Positions 27,141 to 39,100 of a DNA stretch of 64,000 nucleotides are shown in pieces. The position numbers and the translations under genes were made by a program. This DNA comes from the human T2T-CHM13v2.0 reference genome, Homo sapiens, in the NCBI RefSeq assembly GCF_009914755.1, contig NC_060928.1, one strand, 5' to 3'. How positions within the stretch are numbered: the stretch's first letter is position 1; each line of letters opens with the position of its first letter. The notes below the pieces were generated by a model. That model made no database searches. It was not told the origin of the DNA and worked only from the letters and a program-made list of their open reading frames with translations.

Positions 27141-29559
27141 TGGGCATAGTGGTTTATTTTGTTACTCTTCCTAAACCTTTGTCTGTGTGTATATATGTAT
27201 ATAGGCACACATGCAAATAGTATACATATGCATATACATGTTTTATACAATCTTTAATATTAAATATTATTTATATAAAACATCTATTCATGTTTTTATA
27301 TAGTATATGTTTCTATACAATCTTATACATCTATTACATATTGTGCAACTTAAAAAACTTTTTAAACCTGCTACATTATATTGCAACTTTTGAATGTTCT
27401 TTGTCCAAGTATATAAAAGACTTCCCAATAATCTAGCATTATCAAAGTATTTTTAATGCTAGTATGTGTCGTTGCTTATTATAGATGTTCATTGACTTCA
27501 AAAATCAATCTACACATTTCAGTTTATGCCTTACTCATGCTCCAATGTCAGATACTTTTTTTTGAAGAAGAAGAAGTTACTAGAATAGAATCTTGAAGAT
27601 AGTGATTTTTTTCCTTCACCATGTAAGAATAATGCCCAAACCCTTGTCTCCTATATTGTTAGTCTGGTAAATTTTGCAAGAACTTCATCTCTGAAAACTA
27701 CTACTAGAGACTATTACTTTCCCCTCATAATTCCTACTTACATTATTTCTTTTCAGCTACAGCAAGAAGCTTCAAGTATCAACTGGACATTTTTAATGAG
27801 TATAGAAAAAAATTTAAAAAATCATATTCCAAATATATTGATATTGCAACTCTTAGCTCTCAGAAGCATCAGCTATGTGAGGTAAGTACAGAAAAATCTG
27901 AATGAAGATAAAGACAGCCATATTGCCTAACCCTTAATTTACTATTTCAAATCAATGTAGCTGGCCACAATATTGGATTAAGAATTCAACATTAATAGAA
28001 ATAGTCATGGAGAAATCACAGAATACCAATTATTTGCCAATATCATAATCAATATGAATTTATTGAGCTGCTACTATGAAATAGTGTTAGGCATAAAAGA
28101 GCAAATATCCACTCCTTAAGGTTGTAATTGTAATCAAAACCATAACTACATAAGTATAAAAGAACTGCTTGAGTCCAGCGAAAATTTATCGGTATAATTT
28201 GATGTAAGATTTCAGTTGAATGTAATAATTCCATCTGCTAACTAATATTAAAATAAACACCCTAGATTGACTTGAAATAATATTACTACCATCATCTCCC
28301 CTTTACCCTTCAGAAAGAGAAGTACAGACCCTTTAATCAGAATTTCAAGTTAAATAAATTTGTTCTGCCTCTATCTGGGCTTCTTTGACACTTGACAAAC
28401 TGCATGCATGTCCTAGTTTAATTTTAGATATTTCACAGCTTTTGTTTTGCTTAAAGCCAAAAAACATCTCTTTAGACCTGGTTTCTCTTTTATGTAATGT
28501 TAAATGGATGAAAGAAAAGGACAAACTTTGTAAGGGCAGATAGCCAAAGAATGTGAGATCTCAGTAGACATTTCTGATTTCAGACCTTGGTAGACTCAGG
28601 ACTATAGTGTTTCTCAGCCACCACAATCTCAAGAGCAATTTTGTTGTCTTCTCCCTTTTTGTTGAAGAATGAAAGGAGAAACTTATCAAAGTGATGTTTG
28701 TCAGTTACAAGCCAATAAGAAAGTAGAATTTAGTTTTCCAGTTTGTTTTATTTGGGAGGAATGGGAAGTGTAGAATGTAATAAATCTGTTGATAAAGATA
28801 TGAACTGTTTGCCTTTTTATTTCCTGGAGGTGGAACTATGCAATTTTGAAGGATCCAATGACATCTGCAGTTAATAATTATTTAAAATGTGCTGTCATAA
28901 AAAAGTCTGTATCTTTTTAAAATCCAAGTTAGTACTAAGCAGGAAATTAATATGCTTTAACTTATGTTTTCATTTTATGTCAATTTGAATGATCATATTT
29001 AAGGTATTAATGGAATCTTCCATCTATTGATAGGCTATTAAGGAAATAGAATTCAGAATAAATTAACTTATTGCAGTCAGGAGCAGTATATTCAGCTTCA
29101 CAGCTCTTAAAACTGAATTACTAAAAATGGAGTATGAACTCAAATTCTGTTTATTATTCTGTTAAATGACCTTGGTTACATTATACTGAATGCATTTTTT
29201 CCTTTATCAACATATCAAACCCTTTAAAGCAATAATTAATAGAATTGTAGATACAGTGCCACTTTATACATAGCTTCAAAAATCAGAGTATCTCATTTGC
29301 TTTCACGTGGAAGATATCACTGAGTTGTATCAAAAAAAATGCATAAAAGCTCAGCATACAGAGAAAAACCTGAAGGACATTGCAAACAGAAGCATACTCC
29401 AAGAGGTAAAGTTTTGAGACAGAAAATGGCATATGAAAGAAAAGTCTCAACATACAATATGATTGAATGACTTTTTAACATTCCACTGATTGCTGACTTC
29501 TTGGTCTTTATGTCAAGCAAAAACTCAATGAATCAGAAACACTATTCAGACACTATCTT

Positions 29560-29765
29560 TTGTTTTGTTTTGTTTTTGAGACAGAGTCACTCTGTCGCCC
29601 AGGCTGGGGTGCAATGGAGCAATCTCAGCTCACTGCAAGCTCCGTCTCCCGGTTTCAAGCCATCCTCCTGCCTCAGTCTCCCAAGGGACTACAGGCACCT
29701 GCCACCACGCCTGGCTAATTTCTTGTATTTTTAATAGAGGCAGAGTTTCACCATGTTAGCCAGGA
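29560..29765 (-). mobile_element. 5'-truncated Alu with a (GAAAA/CAAAA)-type tail
   Basis: Right arm plus part of the left arm; 14-bp TSD tcagacactatctt at 29546-29559 and 29766-29779. Confidence 0.88.
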
Positions 29766-29930
29766 TCAGACACTATCTTAATCTCTTTGAGTCATTATTC
29801 TCTATGCACAAGGTAGAAATGATCAAATTGTGTGTTATCAGTGCTATCATGATGATAATAGAAAATAAGTATACAAACATGAGATAAAAGTGTCTTAAAA
29901 AATATTATCTAACTTCACATTAATTTAGGA

Positions 29931-31302
<1,372 letters not shown>

Positions 31303-31599
31303 TTATTGTTGAATTTGTCAAAAAGATTGTGATTAGGTTTTCAAATACAGGTATCTATTTTAAGAATGTTGACCCAATACCAGATTGATAATAGATTTAA
31401 TAGATTTAATTTGTAATTAATTCTAGACTCTTTAAATTCCAAGATTATCAGATTCTCAGGTTTGTTTCAAATAACTTACTGCATAACCATAATCTTCCAG
31501 CTGCTCTAAGGACAATACAAATTTTTAAATCACATTAAATACTCCGTTAGAACTACCTTGTATCTCCCTTCTCAAAAATAATTACTTATTCTGACAGGT

Positions 31600-32631
31600 A
31601 CTGATAACCAAAATGAGTGACTGAGGCAAATATCTCAATCAATCAAGATTTATGAAGCCAGCTTTAGGACACTGATATGTTAATAGTTTGGATACTTGTC
31701 CCCCCAGATCTCATGTTGAAATGCAATCCCCAGTGTTGGAGGTGGGGCCTGGTGGGAGTAGTAGTTTGGGTCATTGGGGTAGATTCTTCATGGCTTGGTG
31801 CTTTTCTCACAAAAGTGAGTGAGTTGTCCTGAGATTTTGCTGTTTAAAAGTGTGTGGTATCTTCTCACTTGCTCTCTTTCTTGCTCCCACTCTCACCATG
31901 AGGTATGTTGGGTCCCCCTTTGCCTTCTACCATGACTGTAAGCTTCCTGAGGCTCATGATTGTAAGCTTCCTGAGGCTTCCTCACCAAAAGTAGATGCCA
32001 GCATCACACTTCTTGTGTAATCATCATTGTGAGCTAATTTAATGTCTTTTCTTTATAAATTACCCAGTCTCTGATATTTCTTTATAACAATGCAAGAATG
32101 GTGCACAAGGTGTGGTCAGGAAAAACACACATGACAAACTTCTGAAGACGTTTTTAGGAGGTTTAGTATTTATACATTTCCTTAAACGGGGGAAGGCATG
32201 TAGGAAGAAGGGCAGGTAGGCAGTATGGCAAATTGTTACATTATTGTGAGACTTTAGTTAGTGCCCAGTAAATCTACATTTTACTTAAGATAAGGGGAAT
32301 GTTTGAAGAAAAAAAATAGAGTAAAGGAAGAATCAATTATGCAAACATCTCTGGGGAGGTGGGGGAAAGATCAATCTCCTCTTGTCTTTGTTCTTCATCT
32401 GGGAACATAATCTTGTAATCTGCTCAGTGTGGAATCTGTGGACTTGAAACAGACTTTAGTTTCAGACCTGAGACCTTTTACCTTTCTGTGGAGATCTGGC
32501 TAATGCATTATGTTAGCAACAGTTATTCACTTGGAAGAAGGTGTTGCATGACTCAGCTTCCAGGCTTAACTTTCATTTTGGCATAAGGAGTTTGGGGGTC
32601 TTGAGATTTTTAAAAAATTTTCCTTCATGAC
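31600..32631 (-). mobile_element. ERV1 MER4-group LTR interrupted by an MST LTR
   Basis: Minus strand start gaaggaaaat...aatctcaagacccccaaactccttatgccaaa...gctgagtcatgcaa resembles MER4-group LTRs; exact family uncertain. Confidence 0.55.
31674..32107 (+). mobile_element. MST (MaLR) LTR
   Basis: atagtttggatacttgtcccccc...gttggaggtggggcctggtggga...ttctttataaattacccagtctc. Confidence 0.8.
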
Positions 32632-32649
32632 ACTATAAACTGTGCTAAT

Positions 32650-32810
32650 AATAACCATTTGCAGAGTATTGCTTTGTATCAGTACTATTCTATATACTTT
32701 TTGTGAATTAACTTGAAACCTTACAACAACCCAACAAGGGTTATTTTTATTTTACAGATGAGGAAATTCAAACTCAGAGGAGGTAAGTCATTTGGCAAGG
32801 TCACAAGATG
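32650..32810 (-). mobile_element. MIR SINE
   Basis: attttacagatgaggaaattcaaactcagaggaggtaagtcatttggcaaggtcaca. Confidence 0.7.
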
Positions 32811-34215
32811 TGGTAGAGATTTTTATTCCACACTTATTCCATGCTTATTCCGAGCATGTTTGGCTATGATGTCCATAACTTTCCTCTGGTCCACACAGCA
32901 GTGGTTATAGTGAAGGGTCAGAGAAGAATCCTGAGAAGCAGAAGGAAACTGTGGTTCTAGAATATGCACAAAGACAACTATGCCTGGTGGTTCATGTCAT
33001 CATTTTTTGCAAAACTCCTGGACTAATGTTCAAAATCTTGATTCTCTTTCTTGTTTTGTATTTGAATAGTTCTGTCAGGGAGTAGATTAGGTGGACTTGT
33101 ATTTGTTTCTTGCCCACAGAGCAGACTTCTATGTGCTCTGACTTGCTGCTATGAGACCAGGTCCATTTAATCTGTTTATCACTCCCCAGATCATCATATG
33201 TTTCCCCATCAGACTATTGAAAGCAAAAGGCACAACCCAGTCACCTGTCACTATCAATCTTAAGGCAGAGGATAAAATATTTCCACAGGGATACCATACA
33301 CTCAGCTAAAGATAAGGCCCCTGATGTGGGCTTGCGGACTTAGAATTGGTATAGCCACATAAGCCTTTGTCTCGGTCTTCATGGGAAATCTAGTACAAAT
33401 GAACTCCTGTCTTATAACTTTGATATTCCAGCAGAAGAAACATTGCCCAAACTGGCTATTGCAGAAGCTCCATCTCTGTATCTCTCACATCCCACCAGTT
33501 TCTGGAAATCTCTAACAGGAGATTTCAGGATAATTCTCAAATAAGGAATCGTAATAACAGAGTGGGGTCATCCATCATTCCTCTTTTTCTCTTGTAGTTT
33601 ATTTGCCCCAAAAGTCTCAGGTACTGTTGACATTGTTGTCTGCCTCTCAAAGTCACAGGTCATGCTGTGTCACACTGTTCTAAGACTGATCTTTGAATAC
33701 AGAGAACATCTGTTTTCTGCCCTCATCATCTGGTGACCATTCCCTCAAATAACCCTATCTGCCACCCGCTACCTTGATGACCTAAATGGAGGTCTGCTTG
33801 CACTCCAAATTTTCACAGAGAATTTAATGTGGTACTCACTTTTGCTATTACGACTTGCTCCAATAATACATTGGTATAAATGACAGTGGGCTAGAGTACC
33901 AAAGATAAACATTGATCCAGGGACCCTCTCAAAGTTTTCCACCCAGACCTTCCTCTTGTTCTTCTGGTCATTCATGCCTTCCCTCCAGTTATGTAATGAA
34001 TCTTTTTTGGTTTGGTTTGAAGCTCTCCAGTGTGGAGAAAATACCTAAGTCTTCTTTTCTTTAATTCAGAAACATTAACAATAGTTGCATTTATTGAAAA
34101 CTAGCCAGAGGTGGTACCATTTTAGTTCCTCCCACAATTTCAGATTTCTTTTCTATAATATGTACATGTCTTTTTAGCCTACAAAATGTGCTTCGAAGAC
34201 TGACTTTCAAAACCT

Positions 34216-34734
34216 TGTGGTAGGTTGAATAATGGCCCACTAAAGATGTCATTGTCCTAATCCCAAGAACCAGTAAATTCATCGCCTTATATTGTAAAAA
34301 GGACTTTGCAGAAATGATGAAATTAAGAATCTTGAGATGAGAATTTTATCCCCAATTATCCTGAGTGGGCCAGATATCATCACAATGTTGTTATAGAAAA
34401 GATGCAGGAGGAGTCAGAGTTAGACAGAAGGCAATGTGACAGAACAAAGGGACAGAAAGAAAGATGTGAAGAACCTAAGCAATGGAGATGTAGGGAGATG
34501 CAGAAAGGGAGCTATAAGGCAAGGAATGCAGATAGCCTTCGGAAGCTGGAAAGGTAAAAGAAACACATTCTCCCCTAGGGTCTCCAGAACAAACCAGCCT
34601 GTGGACACTGACTTTAGCTCAGTGAAACTGATTTTTGTCTCCTGGTCTCCCAAACAGTAAGATAATAAATTTATATTGTTTTTAGGTACTAAATTTGTGG
34701 TAATTTGTTCCAGCAGCATTAGGAAACTAATACA
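34216..34734 (+). mobile_element. MLT1D-like MaLR solo LTR
   Basis: tgtggtaggttgaataatggccc...gcagcattaggaaactaataca; ~520 bp. Confidence 0.82.
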
Positions 34735-35674
34735 CTGCCCCCATCTTCAATCAAACTGCTCCCTCTTTGTTCCAGAAATTCCAAAGCCACTACCAACTCT
34801 CAGGCACTGCTTAGCTCTTTGCATAAATGATTATAATGCATAAGTTTAGTAACAACTACAAAAAGGTGTAGCATTTTTAATACAATGAGAAAATAAAGTT
34901 TAATCAAGAAACTTAACCTCAAGATCACACAAGAGATGTTACAGCTGGACTCTATTCCCTGATCCATCTAATTATTCACAGCCTATGTTCTTAATCACCA
35001 TATGAACTGAGTGCATCTTCTTTCTTCTTTCCATACATCATTAATGAAGTCCATGTTTGGTTTTTAACCACATTTTAAAATTTAAAATTTACACAGAGGG
35101 GATTCTGGATCCCAGGCAGATTTCCTACTAAATACCTCTCATTAAGTGTGTTCAGCTTCCTGCTTGCCTTGGGCCTCCCCCCTGAGTTGATGCAGTGAAA
35201 GTCACATCTATTGTCTCACACACTGGGACACACACTCCATAGGGTAAGGACAGGAAAAGATGATTCCTTCTGCTTGTAAAGGAGAAGGAAGAATTTGTCC
35301 CACTACCCTCCTGAAAGGGTCTTCATGGAAACACAATGAGCTAGAGCCCTAACTCCAACTCTTTGGGATGTAAATACCTTTCCCCTGGAACCTAAGAGCC
35401 CTCTGGTCTTCAATTTATGTGTCCTACTGATGTCTTTAGGTTCTGTGGGCTTCATCTCTTTTGATATGTAAATAATTAGGAAGATAGCATTCCACTCTCC
35501 CCAGCACCTTAGGGCTTAACCTAGGGACCAAGTCCTGGATGTAACCTTTGGGCTTTCTTGGGGGAGATTAGATATATTTTATTATTCTTTTGGATCCAGC
35601 CACTAATTAGAAAAATGACTACAGATTTAATTCTCATGGTCTGAGAAAAGAAAAAGTCACGGGGAGGGACTTAT

Positions 35675-36076
35675 ATGACTTCGGTTTGGGTGCAGTGGGG
35701 TCCAGGGGACTTCACGTTCACACTTCGGATATTCTTGGGGTGAATTCCCTGCAGGGTCTGCAAGCACTGGCAAGGCAGTTCATGGGCCACCCATACTCCT
35801 AGGGAAGAAGAGACTCGCTGGGTGAGCGGGACTGTTGGCGCGGGGTGCTACCCCAGCCGTGTCCCGCTCCGGAGACCCCAGGGCGCCGGGACCCATCTGC
35901 CGCTCGCCGGCCGGAGGCTACCAGGAGCAGGAGCAGCAGCGCCGCCCGCAGTAGCCGGGGAGCGCGGGGGACAGCGGGGGGCGCGGCGCAGTTCACCGGG
36001 CTCAGAAGGCAGGTCGGGCGGCGGTGCCAGGAGCGGGAGAGCTGGCAGGGAGGTGCCTGCAGCCCAGGCTCTGTGG
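35675..36076 (-). pseudogene. CXCL1P1: Unprocessed GRO/CXCL1-like chemokine pseudogene (5'UTR, exon 1, intron 1 and exon 2 only)
   Basis: Exon 1 coding part 35996-35897 (100 nt) reads VNCAAPPAVPRAPRLLRAALLLLLLVASGRRAA (signal-peptide-like, start codon is GTG). Intron 35896-35799 is 98 nt. Exon 2 35798-35675 (124 nt) reads [42 protein letters not shown], with the CxC motif, close to CXCL1. Both donors read AT instead of GT. No exon 3/4 homology seen downstream. Confidence 0.93.
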
Positions 36077-36097
36077 CTCCCCAAGATCGGTGAACCC

Positions 36098-36105
36098 TTT
36101 TTATG
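36098..36105 (-). promoter_or_regulatory. GRO-type TATA-like box (CATAAAAA)
   Basis: Minus strand gCATAAAAAgggttcaccgatc, ~25-30 nt upstream of the CXCL1-like start region (gccacagagcc). Confidence 0.8.
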
Positions 36106-36142
36106 CATGATTGGGGCTGAAAAGTCTGGAACCCCCGGGCCA

Positions 36143-36153
36143 GGGAAATTCTC
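36143..36153 (-). promoter_or_regulatory. Degenerate NF-kB site (GAGAATTTCCC; GRO genes have GGGAATTTCCC)
   Basis: Plus strand gggaaattctc at the position homologous to the GRO kB element; one substitution. Confidence 0.75.
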
Positions 36154-39100
36154 GGAGCTCCAGGTCTATCCCGAGTACTGAAGAAAAGGGCTGGCCCCAC
36201 CCCCGGGGTGGGTGGGTGGTGGGCGGTGGCTGGTTACCCACTGGTGCAGCCTCCCCGGCTCGCCTTCCAGAGTAACTCCCGTCGACTGTGGGATATTCGC
36301 TTTCTACCCCAAATCCCTGGAAGGTCATTGAGTCCACCTCGCTGGAAATACCGCCTGCGGGGAAGGACCTTGGGCATGGGGCCATCCCAGTGCGTGGGAC
36401 GCGGAGGAGAGTTAAGAGCTGGGGCGGATCCCTGAGAACCACAACAGGGGAGGCGCGAACTCTTTAAAAGAGTGATAACTACTTAGTTAATAGAGTTGGG
36501 ATGGGGGATTTAAGAGGAATTAAGGAGGGCTTAGAAGGCTAGATTTTGCTTAGCTGGCTATCTTCTAGATATCATATTCTCTATCTAACCTCTCTCTGTC
36601 TCTTCTGTCTCTGCTTTTCGGTTTAGCATATTTCACATATATCTGAAATCAATGCTCCCTGTAAAAATACAGCAGCCATCATGTCAGATTCCAGAGAAGA
36701 ATGTTCTGCTTGCTCCTTGTGTTGCGTATTCTCTAATCACACATAGAATATCTTGTTTACGTTTTCCATTTGGTGGCAACAGATTATCAGTGTCAAAAGC
36801 TGAATCCAGTGTTAGTTTCAGTGGAAGCCCAGGCTGTAACATGACCTCTTTTTTTCCTATCCTGCATAACTTCCTTCTTCCCTCTGAAATACTGGGACTT
36901 CCGAAATTCCCTAGAGATCTCCTTCTCCCCGTACGAGAGGTTCAGATTTGATATGACATAATGAGATTGGCTATCACTCTGAAGCTGGGCACTGGCTGTC
37001 ACTCCCATATGTCACAGATTTGATCTATGACATGAGGGACTTGCTGGGTCCAGCAGCCTCATGGCCTATTTCTGGTTCTCTGTCTTTCAACGGCACAGCA
37101 CATGACACTGGGGAGTGGGTACCTGGTGTGCAAGCACTCTTCCCACTAAAACAGCAGATATCCATTCAGATGAAATAGGAACACCAGGTCCCACATAGAG
37201 TCACATTCCATTTACTATCAGACTTTCTGGTATTTGATGTTGGACCTGCTTTCTCTGGAAACATAGGCATTGTGGCTTTCTGATCGTGAATTTCAGCCTT
37301 TTAACCCGACGCCTCTATCACTTTTTCTACAGCTTTAGAGAATTTATTTTGATTCATCATTAGGTTTTAGAGGGTTTTAGTGTGAATCTCCAAGTCAGTT
37401 TCAGACCTCTCTGAGACATGGAGTAAAACAGAGAGAAGAGAGGAGAAAGGAATGGCCTCTGCCTAGAGTGCAGAGCTCTAGGCAGCCCAGTTCAAGGCAT
37501 AAGAGCCCTTACCCCTAGCCAAACACAGGGCAATACAACTTGGCTGCCTGCATTTAGTTGCACAGCATCACCTGCAGATTGTTTAACCTCTTTGTGCTAA
37601 GCCCAAGGTAGTTATGAGAAGTGAGTCAACATTTGTAAGAGCCATCATGGATTAAGTGCCTTATCAACGTTTTTTAAATAAATAAAATGGAAATAGCTTT
37701 TCCCAATGTTGCCTAAACAGAAAATCAACCTGCTATGAATTCTTCTATAAAGAAAAAAAAGGATCTAATAAAAAGGTTCACTCCCTAATTTTTTTTTACA
37801 TTTAAAATTTTCTGTATCCCTACTGCCACCCAACTGTACTTAACTATACACAACACCATATAGAGCAGTGTGAGCCCTTAAGAAATCAAAGCAGGTCCTA
37901 GAATGAAGACTGTTCATATAAACGCAATCTCAGTGTCCAAAATGTCCTCATAGCTACTGGTGCTCACAGGTACCTGTGCTGTCATTACAGTAATCCTGGT
38001 CAAGGGGTGGAAAGGTGTGCTAGAATGTTGTGTTGCTTTAAAACAGATCCTATCGTTAGTATTTCTGCTCCAATCTTTTTCATTTATTTCCTTTCTCACA
38101 TTTTCCTGATTACTTAAATTCCATGGCAGAAAGGATACAAGAAAAGCCTTGGCCCAATGGAGGACAAAATACAAAGTGCCCCAAATGTCTTCATCCATTT
38201 CAAGCTATAATAAATGCTGCAAACTTCTAAATTAAAAAAAAAGCAAAACACACACATACACACACACACACACAAACCTGAGGCTGCTCTGCCTATGGAA
38301 CAGCCGTTCTTTCGTTTCTTTATTTCTCTAATACACTTGCTTTCACTTAAAAGATAAATTACAAAATAAACTCAGGAATTTACAAAAAATTAACATGAAA
38401 TTAAATTTTCCATATCTGACTTTCAGAAAGGAAAATACATCTGTACTTTACTAGGGGATGCACTTAGATGGGAGGGGGGTCATTTTTTACTATTGAGACA
38501 GATCCTTAATTTATTTTTCAGCCCCAGTTTTAAACACTTCATCTGTAAAAAGAAGTTTAAATATAAAGTCTCCATCTTATTTATTGTGAAAGATGTACAA
38601 AATCCATGACTGTATTAAAAAATACTTGAGCATGAGCCTAAGAGAAAAACCAAGAGAATTAAAGGGAAATTCAAATTTGTATTGGGGGTAGGAAATGACA
38701 TATAACCTAAAGGTTATAAAGTATGTGACTAGCTCATGAATGATTGAAAGGCTGTGTGATTACCCCTTTTATTGTTACTGTTTTTGGGGGATTTGATGAT
38801 AAACTGGCCTAGAAATATGAAAGTGATTCTTTAAAATTTGAAAAATGTAAATGTATTGTTTTGTTTTCTAATGGTAGTTGTAATACATGTTCATTTTATA
38901 AAGTTTACCATAGTCAGCAAGGCATGAAGAGGTTTTTTTTTTCTCTCTAATCTCTCTTCACGTTTCTCTATGAAACCTACTTTAATGGGTCACTGAAAAT
39001 TTGCTTGTTTTTCTTCAATAAACATAGGAGTTAATAGCACATCATAGGTTTACATACTCCCATTCTGGATTATGTACTCTGCAGGAAAGCTGTAAAATCT

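Larger units (their letters stand above)
35810..36460. promoter_or_regulatory. CpG island over the pseudogene promoter and exon 1, with GC/GT boxes
   Basis: Sharp rise in GC and CpG content against AT-rich flanks; GGGGTGGGGC (minus, ~36194-36203) and GGGGCGG (36421-36427). Confidence 0.8.

Noticed and set aside
35641-35655. Strong-looking acceptor (tttttcttttctcag) as a replacement exon 3
   Set aside because: Only 34 nt from the mutated donor, too short for an intron, and no exon 3 homology follows
35799-36200. 133-aa ORF containing a chemokine signal peptide, considered as an intact CDS
   Set aside because: Begins at a GTG upstream of the TATA box, runs through the promoter and a retained intron, and lacks the chemokine domain
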